Assembly: GCA_002269645.1 (NCBI GenBank)
Contig: NIVC01003807.1
Location: 1 to 64,000, forward strand
Direction of reading: 5' to 3'
From: Macrostomum lignano
Taxonomy: Eukaryota
DNA length: 64,000 nucleotides
Below the pieces are notes generated by a model that made no database searches, was not told the origin of the DNA, and saw only the letters and a list, made by a program, of their open reading frames with translations. Position numbers and translations under genes: made by a program. Below are positions 11,201 through 22,900 of this stretch, one piece after another. Positions within the stretch are counted from its first letter, which is position 1. Every line of letters begins with the position of its first letter.

Positions 11201-13792
11201 TGATAATCCGCACTGACAATCTCTGATAATCCGCCCTGACAATCTCTGATATTCCGACCTGACAATCTCTGATAATCCGCACTGACAATCTCTGATAATC
11301 CGCCCTGGCAATCTCTGATAATCCGCCCTGACAATCTCTGATAATCCGCCCTGTCAATCTCTGATAATCCGCCCTGACAATCTCTGATATTCCGACCTGA
11401 CAATCTCTGATAATCCGCCCTGACAATCTCTGATAATCCGCCCTGGCAATCTCTGATAATCCGCCCTGACAATCTCTGATAATCCGCCCTGACAATCTCT
11501 GATATTCCGCCCTGACAATCTCTGATAATCTGCGCTGAATAATCGAGCCCCCGCCCCAACCTTTAAATCCAGGCCGCCGCTTCCACTTCGTCGCCGCCTG
11601 CCAGTCGTTCGCCACGCTTGCCTATCAGCTGCAGCCGGGCCGTCTGGCCGCTGTACAACTCGCCGCCGCCGCCGACGAAGCTGACGCCGAGGCGGCCGCA
11701 GCTCGCCGCCTACGAGCCGCCTGCGTGGACGCTGATCCTGGCAGCCTGGCGCAGGTGGACTGCCTGGCCTGGCAGATGACCGCGTTGGCCTCGCTAATGC
11801 GGGCTCTGGCCGCTTCCGATGCCGCAACGGATAATCCGCCTCCGCCGCTGCCGCTGATCATCCCGACACCGTCGGCTTCGCCAACTGAAGATGCCGATAA
11901 AGACGATCCGATGCTTGATGACGCAGATGCAGGCTCAGCGGAGTCTGCTGGTCAAGTTGCTTGGCAACGATCTCAGCTGCCGTACGCGTGCGCTACTCAG
12001 TGCCAGCTGATGCAGAGCATTGTTGACGCCTGCTGGGATCGGTGAGTGTTGCTGTTATTTTCTATCGAATCTCTGGCTATGCTATACAGTATGCGCCTTG
12101 GTTCTAGGGTTTAAAAGTACAAGTGGTCAGTTTTATTAATTAAAAGATCAACTCCAACCTTTCAGTCTTATTCTATTAGCTGTTACTATGCGGGTATGCT
12201 AGTATTGAGCATATTAAAGAACTTTGAACCCGTCTGGCACAGCCGTCAGCAGAAACCAACTAAGGCATATATACGTATATGTCTGTTTTCAGAGCGATTT
12301 CATTTTCTAGATTAGCAACAGGAGGTTAGCAACCGTGCTAGCTGATAACAAGTAGCGTGCGAAAGTGAGATTTTGCACGCGTTCTTTACCAACATAGATT
12401 TATTTTTGTTGCTAAAGTTTGTCTAGTGTTAAAAATATCGGTCTCTCAGTTCTATGTTGATTCGTCAACATAATGGAATAGGTATGCAAAAACATTATTG
12501 GAGGTACATAGGCCTGATTAGCAGTCAATTCGGTATATTATCATACCATAGAGAATACGCTCGCATGGGTCAGATTAGCCAAATCTATAAGATCATTTAG
12601 TAATCCATAAGCTAGATTAGCAATCCATAAGCTAGATTAGCAATCCGTAAGCTAGATTAGCAATCCGTAAGCTAGATTAGCAGTCAATTCGGTATATTAT
12701 CATACCATAGAGAATACGCTCGTATGGGTCAGATTAGCCAAATCTATAAGCTCATTTAATAATCCATAAGCTAGATTAGCAATCCATAAGCTAGATTAGC
12801 AATCCGTAAGCTAGATTAGCAATTCATAAGCTAGATTAGCAATCCATAAACTAGACTAGCAATCCATAAGCTAGATTAGCAATCCATAAGCTAGATTAGC
12901 AATCCATAAGCTAGATTAGCAATCCATAAGCTTGATTAGCAATCCATAAGCTAGATTAGCAATCCATAAACTAGACTAGCAATCCATAAGCTAGTAGATT
13001 AGCAATCCATAAGCTAGATTAGCAATCCATAAGCTAGACTAGCAATCCATAAGCTAGATTAGCAATCCATAAGCTTGATTAGCAATCCATGAGCTAGACT
13101 AGCAATCCATAAGCTAGATTAGCAATCCATAAGCTAGATTAGCAATCAATAAGCTAGATTAGCAATCCATAAGCTAGATTAGCAATCCATAAGCTAGATT
13201 AGCAATCCATTATCCATCAGCCACTTCTCCATCCTTCAGCCTTACCCAGCTACGCAGTCAGCACAGCCTAAACTCGCCAGCTGGTCGCGAGCTGCTACTG
13301 GAGACGCTGTGGCGCCTGCTCCGCTGCCCGTTCTGCTTGCCGCGCTATTTTTTCCAGCGCCTTCAGCGCACCAGAATCAGCCTGCACGTGACCCCGGCTC
13401 GCCGGGCGGCGGCCAATCCTGAGCCAGTCAAAGTCGGCGTAGACTACGTATTGAAAGTCGAAGGCGTTGTGGAGCAGACTGGCCCGGTTCTGCTCCGCAG
13501 ATTAGCCAGCGTCGCTGTCGTAGTTGCCGTCCGGCCGCACTCGACAGCCGCTAGCGGCTCCGACATCGCCGCCGGATTCGAGTCGGCAACATCTGCTAGA
13601 GGCGGCTGGCAGCAGCGGCTGACGGCTACGCTGCCAGTGCCAACAGACTATTTCAGCAAGCAGTTCGTGCTGAGCTTCAATCGGCGGCCGGGACTCTATC
13701 TTATTAAAGTACATGTGCACCCGATTGACAAGACCGGAGCTCAATGGAGCGCCGTTGAGAAGGAGAGAGTGTACGTGCGGGTCTCCAACTGA
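8253..13792 (+). CDS. INTS7: Integrator complex subunit 7; join(8253..9884,10574..10871,11573..12041,13240..13792), 983 aa
   Basis: The N-terminus (NGLRS...EQSQALLKFPILVHRYPFPVVINAIF...HSNDPSARALAVRLL) matches INTS7 as I recall it. Exon 2 AYRIARAASKHG...FWLRGL and exon 4 PRYFFQRLQRTRISL...LKVEGVV match later INTS7 blocks. All three introns are GT-AG with compatible phases (0, 1, 2), and the total of 2952 nt is divisible by 3. Confidence 0.93.
10005..10470. repeat. 15-16-bp degenerate minisatellite (ggattgggaagattc) in INTS7 intron 1
   Basis: Tandem gattgg(g)aag(a/t)ttc(g/a)g units. Confidence 0.9.
11006..11531. repeat. 23-bp minisatellite (ctgacaatctctgataatccgcc) in INTS7 intron 2
   Basis: About 23 tandem units, ending ~40 bp before the 11572 acceptor. 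Confidence 0.95.
12602..13210. repeat. 20-bp minisatellite (aatccataagctagattagc) in INTS7 intron 3
   Basis: Tandem units, interrupted once by the second copy of a 159-bp duplication (first copy from ~12521, second from ~12680). Confidence 0.93.
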
Positions 13793-13846
13793 CTTGGGGG
13801 GGGGGCAGATGGAAGAGTTACTGTTGAAGCTTTGCTTTTTTGTTCA

Positions 13847-13852
13847 AATAAA
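13847..13852 (+). terminator. Candidate polyadenylation signal of INTS7
   Basis: AATAAA 55 nt after the stop codon. Position only; no transcript evidence. Confidence 0.4.
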
Positions 13853-13880
13853 CTCTATTGCTCGCTACAAGGCAAGAAGG

Positions 13881-14872
13881 AATAGAAAGAATGGATTGTT
13901 AATCTATTGTCAACATCAGACGATAGAATAGAATGGATTGCTAATCTATTGTCAACATCAGAGGATAAAATAGAATGGATTGTTAATCTATTGTCAACAT
14001 CAGACGATAGAATATAATGGATTGTTAATCTATTGTCAACATCAGACGATAGAATATAATGGATTGTTAATCTATTGTCAACATCAGACGATAGAATATA
14101 ATGGATTGTTAATCTATTGTCAACATCAGACGATAGAATAGAATGGATTGCTAATCTTTTGTCAACATCAGAGGATAGAAAGAATGGATTGTTAATCTAT
14201 TGTCAACATCAGACGATAGAATAGAATGGATTGCTAATCTATTGTCAACATCAGAGGATAAAATAGAATGGATTGTTAATCTATTGTCAACATCAGACGA
14301 TAGAATATAATGGATTGTTAATCTATTGTCAACATCAGACGATAGAATATAATGGATTGTTAATCTATTGTCAACATCAGACGATAGAATATTATGGATT
14401 GTTAATCTATTGTCAACATCAGACGATAGAATAGAATGGATTGCTAATCTATTGTCAACATCAGAGGATAGAATAGAATGGATTGTTAATCTATTGTCAA
14501 CATCGGAGGATATAATAGAATGGATTTTTAATCTATTGTCAACATCAGAGGATAGAATAGAATGGATTGCTAATCTATTGTCAACATCAGAGGATAGAAT
14601 AGAATGGATTGCTAATCTATTGTCAACATCAGAGGATAGAATAGAATGGATTGTTAATCTATTGTCAACATCAGAGGATAGAATAGAATGGATTGCTAAT
14701 CTATTGTCAACATCGGAGAATAAAATAGAATGGATTTTTAATCTATTGTCAACATCAGAGGATAGAATAGAATGGATTGCTAATCTATTGTCAACATCGG
14801 AGGATAGAATAGAATGGATTTTTAATCTATTGTCAACATCAGAGGATAGAATAGAATGGATTGCTAATCTAT
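13881..14872. repeat. 41/42-bp minisatellite (aatggattgttaatctattgtcaacatcagaggatagaatag) downstream of INTS7
   Basis: About 24 tandem units. The ORF at 14368-14883 is a by-product of the 42-bp period. Confidence 0.95.
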
Positions 14873-15530
14873 CCCACCTCTAAAGACAAACTACTCGCAA
14901 GCATTTTATAGACACGCATTTATTATATGTGGATTTCATTAAAGGCTATTTCATGAATCTAATTATTGGGATTAACAAGTGGCAAATTATTATTTAGTGC
15001 TAGCCCAAGGCGCTAAAAATATATTTTCATTGTGGTGCATTAATATTACGGGCTTTTGTTTTTTAGGATTGTATTGAATTCATGTTAGTTGAATATGCTA
15101 GGCTATTAACTAGCTGTTAATAAATTTCATATTATACTCGTATATGACATTTTCAATCTGCATTATGTACCATTAGTAGTTGCTTTTGCTCGCATTTGCA
15201 GCGCATATGTTTCTGTTTATAAGTAAAAGCGTTTCTCTATTTTCTTTTGTCGACTTTGTCGACTTGCACCAGTCTTTTTTATTTGATATTTTTATTTGTT
15301 AGAAAGTATGACAGTCACATCGGCTACATAGTTACATATAGGAGTAAGCTACCATCATTCTAGTACGAATCGGGTTATTTATCTCCTATCATTCTGACGC
15401 TTACTTTTCCTTAAAAGTTTAGTGCATTATTGCATTGTCAAATTGTACACAGAGTTAATATAAATGAGAAATTATGAATATGAAATACTGTATAGAGATA
15501 GTTTATCCGCATATTTATTTATCGGCACTG

Positions 15531-16004
15531 TCATCGAGTACCCAGAGCCGCTGCGCAGCTGCCAGAGTGCGATCTGTAGCTGGCATCGGAGCTGCCGGCT
15601 GCAGCCAAGTCCTGCTGCGAAGCTGCCCGCCTGCGGCTCCGTCCGTTCAGGCTCGCCGTCTGCAGGCTGGCAACGGCCGACTGGGCGAGACGGATGTCTC
15701 GCATTCGCTGCTCCATCTCCTTGTCTAGCTGGCGCTGCCGTTCAACTAATCGATTTCTCTCTACGATGTTTAATGATCGGACCATGCGGCCCCGGTCCCG
15801 ATCGTAGCTGCTGGTCTCCCAGGTCACTTCTTCGCGTTTGTCTCGCTGCTGGCGCTGTCGGATCTCGTATAGCTCAGAGTTGGTTAGCTGCTGCTGTTGG
15901 TGATCTTGCGAAGCTGCTTGCTTGCTTCGACTTGCCGTGTTAAGTCCGTTGCTGCTGTTGTTGCTAAGCGTGATTCCTGGCATGTCGCGTGCAGCACTGG
16001 GCAT
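15531..16004 (-). CDS. Orphan intronless ORF, 157 aa, Q/R/E-rich probable coiled coil
   Basis: GC-rich island like the other exons; ATG start and stop present; non-repetitive. The peptide ERNRLVERQRQLDKEMEQRMRDIRLAQ looks helical. I recognise no family. Confidence 0.55.
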   Translation of the reverse strand: MPSAARDMPGITLSNNSSNGLNTASRSKQAASQDHQQQQLTNSELYEIRQRQQRDKREEVTWETSSYDRDRGRMVRSLNIVERNRLVERQRQLDKEMEQRMRDIRLAQSAVASLQTASLNGRSRRRAASQQDLAAAGSSDASYRSHSGSCAAALGTR

Positions 16005-16917
16005 GATGGCCCTATTATCTAAGGCTTGCGATTGTAGGATCTGTTCAGATTCCTTTTTTGAATAAGATAGTCGCTTTTTGTGGCTGGAATTGCGTCTTTA
16101 TTGGCTCGGCGGCGTCCCTATATATCTGTTTCTGAGTGTAATAAGCAGGAAATCTAAGAGTGACTTTCTTGGCAGTCGGCCAATGGGCCGCTGGGTTACA
16201 CAGCCAGTAAGATTCCAGCACTGGAGGCCAAGGAGAGTGTGAGCGAATCAATGTTCCCGAATCGTTTGTTGATAAAAACCTTGCTCAGCGCTAGCGAACC
16301 ACTTGAGCACAATTGACACATTGGCAAACAATTCAGCTAGCTATTTGCTCAGCTAGTCTGGCCCTGGATTTCAGATTGTGCGAAATGATTGACAAGGCAC
16401 TAAACTACAGGGTGGAAAGTTGCTATCTCAAAATAAGTCTCGCCTTTGGCCGTGTGATCTCACCTGTCGTCGGCGAAGTGTCTATTTTCATTTTTTTATT
16501 TGTCGCATCAGCACAATTTTTTCCAGAGTTTAACCACAACATTCGCTTTGAATTGACAAGTTGAAAAAGTGCAAATTAGTCCGGATTTGGGTGCAGTCCG
16601 CATTGCTGTTTATTTTTCACGCGCGCCCTAACTGAGTGGACCTGCTTGCTTGTGCTGCCATTGAAAAATCCAGATTTTTCCAGTTGCGTAATCTGATTCT
16701 CAGTCTGGCTAGAGATGCTGTGACTTTATTCCATCTTCCTATGCTAATTAGATTGACTTGCACGTTGAATCCAAGCAGCATTTTTAGCAATGCTTCACCT
16801 TGACATTCCGCTCCGTCACCTTGGGAAGCTGTGGGCTTCTAGTGGTTATTGTTTCGGCTATTTCCGCGACTTTCACTTTTGAAGTGTGAAATTACATCAA
16901 ATACTTTAATTCTAAGC

Positions 16918-19900
16918 TTAGCTTCCACCTCAGTAGCTCAGTAGTTTAGCTTCCGCCTCAGTAGCTCAGGAGTTTAGCTTCCGCCTCAGTAGCTCAGGAG
17001 TTTAGCTTCCATCTCAGTAGCTCAGGAGTTTAGCTTCCACCTCAGTAGCTCAGGAGTTTAGCTTCCACCTCAGTAGCTCAGGAGTTTAGCTTCCACCTCA
17101 GTAGCTCAGGAGTTTAGCTTCCACCTCAGTAGCTCAGGAGTTTAGCTTCCACCTCAGTAGCTCAGGAGTTTAGCTTCCACCTCAGTAGCTCAGGAGTTTA
17201 GCTTCCACCTCAGTAGCTCAGGAGTTTAGCTTCCACCTCAGTAGCTCAGGAGTTTAGCTTCCACCTCAGTAGCTCAGGAGTTTAGCTTCCACCTCAGTAG
17301 CTCAGGAGTTTAGCTTCCACCTCAGTAGCTCAGGAGTTTAGCTTCCACCTCAGTAGCTCAGGAGTTTAGCTTCCACCTCAGTAGCTCAGGAGTTTAGCTT
17401 CCACCTCAGTAGCTCAGGAGTTTAGCTTCCACCTCAGTAGCTCAGGAGTTTAGCTTCCACCTCAGTAGCTCAGGAGTTTAGCTTCCACCTCAGTAGCTCA
17501 GGAGTTTAGCTTCCACCTCAGTAGCTCAGGAGTTTAGCTTCCACCTCAGTAGCTCAGGAGTTTAGCTTCCACCTCAGTAGCTCAGGAGTTTAGCTTCCAC
17601 CTCAGTAGCTCAGGAGTTTAGCTTCCACCTCAGTAGCTCAGGAGTTTAGCTTCCACCTCAGTAGCTCAGGAGTTTAGCTTCCACCTCAGTAGCTCAGGAG
17701 TTTAGCTTCCACCTCAGTAGCTCAGGAGTTTAGCTTCCACCTCAGTAGCTCAGGAGTTTAGCTTCCACCTCAGTAGCTCAGGAGTTTAGCTTCCACCTCA
17801 GTAGCTCAGGAGTTTAGCTTCCACCTCAGTAGCTCAGGAGTTTAGCTTCCACCTCAGTAGCTCAGGAGTTTAGCTTCCACCTCAGTAGCTCAGGAGTTTA
17901 GCTTCCACCTCAGTAGCTCAGGAGTTTAGCTTCCACCTCAGTAGCTCAGGAGTTTAGCTTCCACCTCAGTAGCTCAGGAGTTTAGCTTCCACCTCAGTAG
18001 CTCAGGAGTTTAGCTTCCACCTCAGTAGCTCAGGAGTTTAGCTTCCACCTCAGTAGCTCAGGAGTTTAGCTTCCACCTCAGTAGCTCAGGAGTTTAGCTT
18101 CCACCTCAGTAGCTCAGGAGTTTAGCTTCCACCTCAGTAGCTCAGGAGTTTAGCTTCCACCTCAGTAGCTCAGGAGTTTAGCTTCCACCTCAGTAGCTCA
18201 GGAGTTTAGCTTCCACCTCAGTAGCTCAGGAGTTTAGCTTCCACCTCAGTAGCTCAGGAGTTTAGCTTCCACCTCAGTAGCTCAGGAGTTTAGCTTCCAC
18301 CTCAGTAGCTCAGGAGTTTAGCTTCCACCTCAGTAGCTCAGGAGTTTAGCTTCCACCTCAGTAGCTCAGGAGTTTAGCTTCCACCTCAGTAGCTCAGGAG
18401 TTTAGCTTCCACCTCAGTAGCTCAGGAGTTTAGCTTCCACCTCAGTAGCTCAGGAGTTTAGCTTCCACCTCAGTAGCTCAGGAGTTTAGCTTCCACCTCA
18501 GTAGCTCAGGAGTTTAGCTTCCACCTCAGTAGCTCAGGAGTTTAGCTTCCACCTCAGTAGCTCAGGAGTTTAGCTTCCACCTCAGTAGCTCAGGAGTTTA
18601 GCTTCCACCTCAGTAGCTCAGGAGTTTAGCTTCCACCTCAGTAGCTCAGGAGTTTAGCTTCCACCTCAGTAGCTCAGGAGTTTAGCTTCCACCTCAGTAG
18701 CTCAGGAGTTTAGCTTCCACCTCAGTAGCTCAGGAGTTTAGCTTCCACCTCAGTAGCTCAGGAGTTTAGCTTCCACCTCAGTAGCTCAGGAGTTTAGCTT
18801 CCACCTCAGTAGCTCAGGAGTTTAGCTTCCACCTCAGTAGCTCAGGAGTTTAGCTTCCACCTCAGTAGCTCAGGAGTTTAGCTTCCACCTCAGTAGCTCA
18901 GGAGTTTAGCTTCCACCTCAGTAGCTCAGGAGTTTAGCTTCCACCTCAGTAGCTCAGGAGTTTAGCTTCCACCTCAGTAGCTCAGGAGTTTAGCTTCCAC
19001 CTCAGTAGCTCAGGAGTTTAGCTTCCACCTCAGTAGCTCAGGAGTTTAGCTTCCACCTCAGTAGCTCAGGAGTTTAGCTTCCACCTCAGTAGCTCAGGAG
19101 TTTAGCTTCCACCTCAGTAGCTCAGGAGTTTAGCTTCCACCTCAGTAGCTCAGGAGTTTAGCTTCCACCTCAGTAGCTCAGGAGTTTAGCTTCCACCTCA
19201 GTAGCTCAGGAGTTTAGCTTCCACCTCAGTAGCTCAGGAGTTTAGCTTCCACCTCAGTAGCTCAGGAGTTTAGCTTCCACCTCAGTAGCTCAGGAGTTTA
19301 GCTTCCACCTCAGTAGCTCAGGAGTTTAGCTTCCACCTCAGTAGCTCAGGAGTTTAGCTTCCACCTCAGTAGCTCAGGAGTTTAGCTTCCACCTCAGTAG
19401 CTCAGGAGTTTAGCTTCCACCTCAGTAGCTCAGGAGTTTAGCTTCCACCTCAGTAGCTCAGGAGTTTAGCTTCCACCTCAGTAGCTCAGGAGTTTAGCTT
19501 CCACCTCAGTAGCTCAGGAGTTTAGCTTCCACCTCAGTAGCTCAGGAGTTTAGCTTCCACCTCAGTAGCTCAGGAGTTTAGCTTCCACCTCAGTAGCTCA
19601 GGAGTTTAGCTTCCACCTCAGTAGCTCAGGAGTTTAGCTTCCACCTCAGTAGCTCAGGAGTTTAGCTTCCACCTCAGTAGCTCAGGAGTTTAGCTTCCAC
19701 CTCAGTAGCTCAGGAGTTTAGCTTCCACCTCAGTAGCTCAGGAGTTTAGCTTCCACCTCAGTAGCTCAGGAGTTTAGCTTCCACCTCAGTAGCTCAGGAG
19801 TTTAGCTTCCACCTCAGTAGCTCAGGAGTTTAGCTTCCACCTCAGTAGCTCAGGAGTTTAGCTTCCACCTCAGTAGCTCAGGAGTTTAGCTTCCACCTCA

Positions 19901-22900
19901 GTAGCTCAGGAGTTTAGCTTCCACCTCAGTAGCTCAGGAGTTTAGCTTCCACCTCAGTAGCTCAGGAGTTTAGCTTCCACCTCAGTAGCTCAGGAGTTTA
20001 GCTTCCACCTCAGTAGCTCAGGAGTTTAGCTTCCACCTCAGTAGCTCAGGAGTTTAGCTTCCACCTCAGTAGCTCAGGAGTTTAGCTTCCACCTCAGTAG
20101 CTCAGGAGTTTAGCTTCCACCTCAGTAGCTCAGGAGTTTAGCTTCCACCTCAGTAGCTCAGGAGTTTAGCTTCCACCTCAGTAGCTCAGGAGTTTAGCTT
20201 CCACCTCAGTAGCTCAGGAGTTTAGCTTCCACCTCAGTAGCTCAGGAGTTTAGCTTCCACCTCAGTAGCTCAGGAGTTTAGCTTCCACCTCAGTAGCTCA
20301 GGAGTTTAGCTTCCACCTCAGTAGCTCAGGAGTTTAGCTTCCACCTCAGTAGCTCAGGAGTTTAGCTTCCACCTCAGTAGCTCAGGAGTTTAGCTTCCAC
20401 CTCAGTAGCTCAGGAGTTTAGCTTCCACCTCAGTAGCTCAGGAGTTTAGCTTCCACCTCAGTAGCTCAGGAGTTTAGCTTCCACCTCAGTAGCTCAGGAG
20501 TTTAGCTTCCACCTCAGTAGCTCAGGAGTTTAGCTTCCACCTCAGTAGCTCAGGAGTTTAGCTTCCACCTCAGTAGCTCAGGAGTTTAGCTTCCACCTCA
20601 GTAGCTCAGGAGTTTAGCTTCCACCTCAGTAGCTCAGGAGTTTAGCTTCCACCTCAGTAGCTCAGGAGTTTAGCTTCCACCTCAGTAGCTCAGGAGTTTA
20701 GCTTCCACCTCAGTAGCTCAGGAGTTTAGCTTCCACCTCAGTAGCTCAGGAGTTTAGCTTCCACCTCAGTAGCTCAGGAGTTTAGCTTCCACCTCAGTAG
20801 CTCAGGAGTTTAGCTTCCACCTCAGTAGCTCAGGAGTTTAGCTTCCACCTCAGTAGCTCAGGAGTTTAGCTTCCACCTCAGTAGCTCAGGAGTTTAGCTT
20901 CCACCTCAGTAGCTCAGGAGTTTAGCTTCCACCTCAGTAGCTCAGGAGTTTAGCTTCCACCTCAGTAGCTCAGGAGTTTAGCTTCCACCTCAGTAGCTCA
21001 GGAGTTTAGCTTCCACCTCAGTAGCTCAGGAGTTTAGCTTCCACCTCAGTAGCTCAGGAGTTTAGCTTCCACCTCAGTAGCTCAGGAGTTTAGCTTCCAC
21101 CTCAGTAGCTCAGGAGTTTAGCTTCCACCTCAGTAGCTCAGGAGTTTAGCTTCCACCTCAGTAGCTCAGGAGTTTAGCTTCCACCTCAGTAGCTCAGGAG
21201 TTTAGCTTCCACCTCAGTAGCTCAGGAGTTTAGCTTCCACCTCAGTAGCTCAGGAGTTTAGCTTCCACCTCAGTAGCTCAGGAGTTTAGCTTCCACCTCA
21301 GTAGCTCAGGAGTTTAGCTTCCACCTCAGTAGCTCAGGAGTTTAGCTTCCACCTCAGTAGCTCAGGAGTTTAGCTTCCACCTCAGTAGCTCAGGAGTTTA
21401 GCTTCCACCTCAGTAGCTCAGGAGTTTAGCTTCCACCTCAGTAGCTCAGGAGTTTAGCTTCCACCTCAGTAGCTCAGGAGTTTAGCTTCCACCTCAGTAG
21501 CTCAGGAGTTTAGCTTCCACCTCAGTAGCTCAGGAGTTTAGCTTCCACCTCAGTAGCTCAGGAGTTTAGCTTCCACCTCAGTAGCTCAGGAGTTTAGCTT
21601 CCACCTCAGTAGCTCAGGAGTTTAGCTTCCACCTCAGTAGCTCAGGAGTTTAGCTTCCACCTCAGTAGCTCAGGAGTTTAGCTTCCACCTCAGTAGCTCA
21701 GGAGTTTAGCTTCCACCTCAGTAGCTCAGGAGTTTAGCTTCCACCTCAGTAGCTCAGGAGTTTAGCTTCCACCTCAGTAGCTCAGGAGTTTAGCTTCCAC
21801 CTCAGTAGCTCAGGAGTTTAGCTTCCACCTCAGTAGCTCAGGAGTTTAGCTTCCACCTCAGTAGCTCAGGAGTTTAGCTTCCACCTCAGTAGCTCAGGAG
21901 TTTAGCTTCCACCTCAGTAGCTCAGGAGTTTAGCTTCCACCTCAGTAGCTCAGGAGTTTAGCTTCCACCTCAGTAGCTCAGGAGTTTAGCTTCCACCTCA
22001 GTAGCTCAGGAGTTTAGCTTCCACCTCAGTAGCTCAGGAGTTTAGCTTCCACCTCAGTAGCTCAGGAGTTTAGCTTCCACCTCAGTAGCTCAGGAGTTTA
22101 GCTTCCACCTCAGTAGCTCAGGAGTTTAGCTTCCACCTCAGTAGCTCAGGAGTTTAGCTTCCACCTCAGTAGCTCAGGAGTTTAGCTTCCACCTCAGTAG
22201 CTCAGGAGTTTAGCTTCCACCTCAGTAGCTCAGGAGTTTAGCTTCCACCTCAGTAGCTCAGGAGTTTAGCTTCCACCTCAGTAGCTCAGGAGTTTAGCTT
22301 CCACCTCAGTAGCTCAGGAGTTTAGCTTCCACCTCAGTAGCTCAGGAGTTTAGCTTCCACCTCAGTAGCTCAGGAGTTTAGCTTCCACCTCAGTAGCTCA
22401 GGAGTTTAGCTTCCACCTCAGTAGCTCAGGAGTTTAGCTTCCACCTCAGTAGCTCAGGAGTTTAGCTTCCACCTCAGTAGCTCAGGAGTTTAGCTTCCAC
22501 CTCAGTAGCTCAGGAGTTTAGCTTCCACCTCAGTAGCTCAGGAGTTTAGCTTCCACCTCAGTAGCTCAGGAGTTTAGCTTCCACCTCAGTAGCTCAGGAG
22601 TTTAGCTTCCACCTCAGTAGCTCAGGAGTTTAGCTTCCACCTCAGTAGCTCAGGAGTTTAGCTTCCACCTCAGTAGCTCAGGAGTTTAGCTTCCACCTCA
22701 GTAGCTCAGGAGTTTAGCTTCCACCTCAGTAGCTCAGGAGTTTAGCTTCCACCTCAGTAGCTCAGGAGTTTAGCTTCCACCTCAGTAGCTCAGGAGTTTA
22801 GCTTCCACCTCAGTAGCTCAGGAGTTTAGCTTCCACCTCAGTAGCTCAGGAGTTTAGCTTCCACCTCAGTAGCTCAGGAGTTTAGCTTCCACCTCAGTAG

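Noticed and set aside
14368-14883. 171-aa ORF with a 14-aa LRR-like repeat (LSTSEDRIEWIANL)
   Set aside because: It is open only because the unit is 42 bp. Neighbouring 41-bp units break the frame, and the start is TTG.
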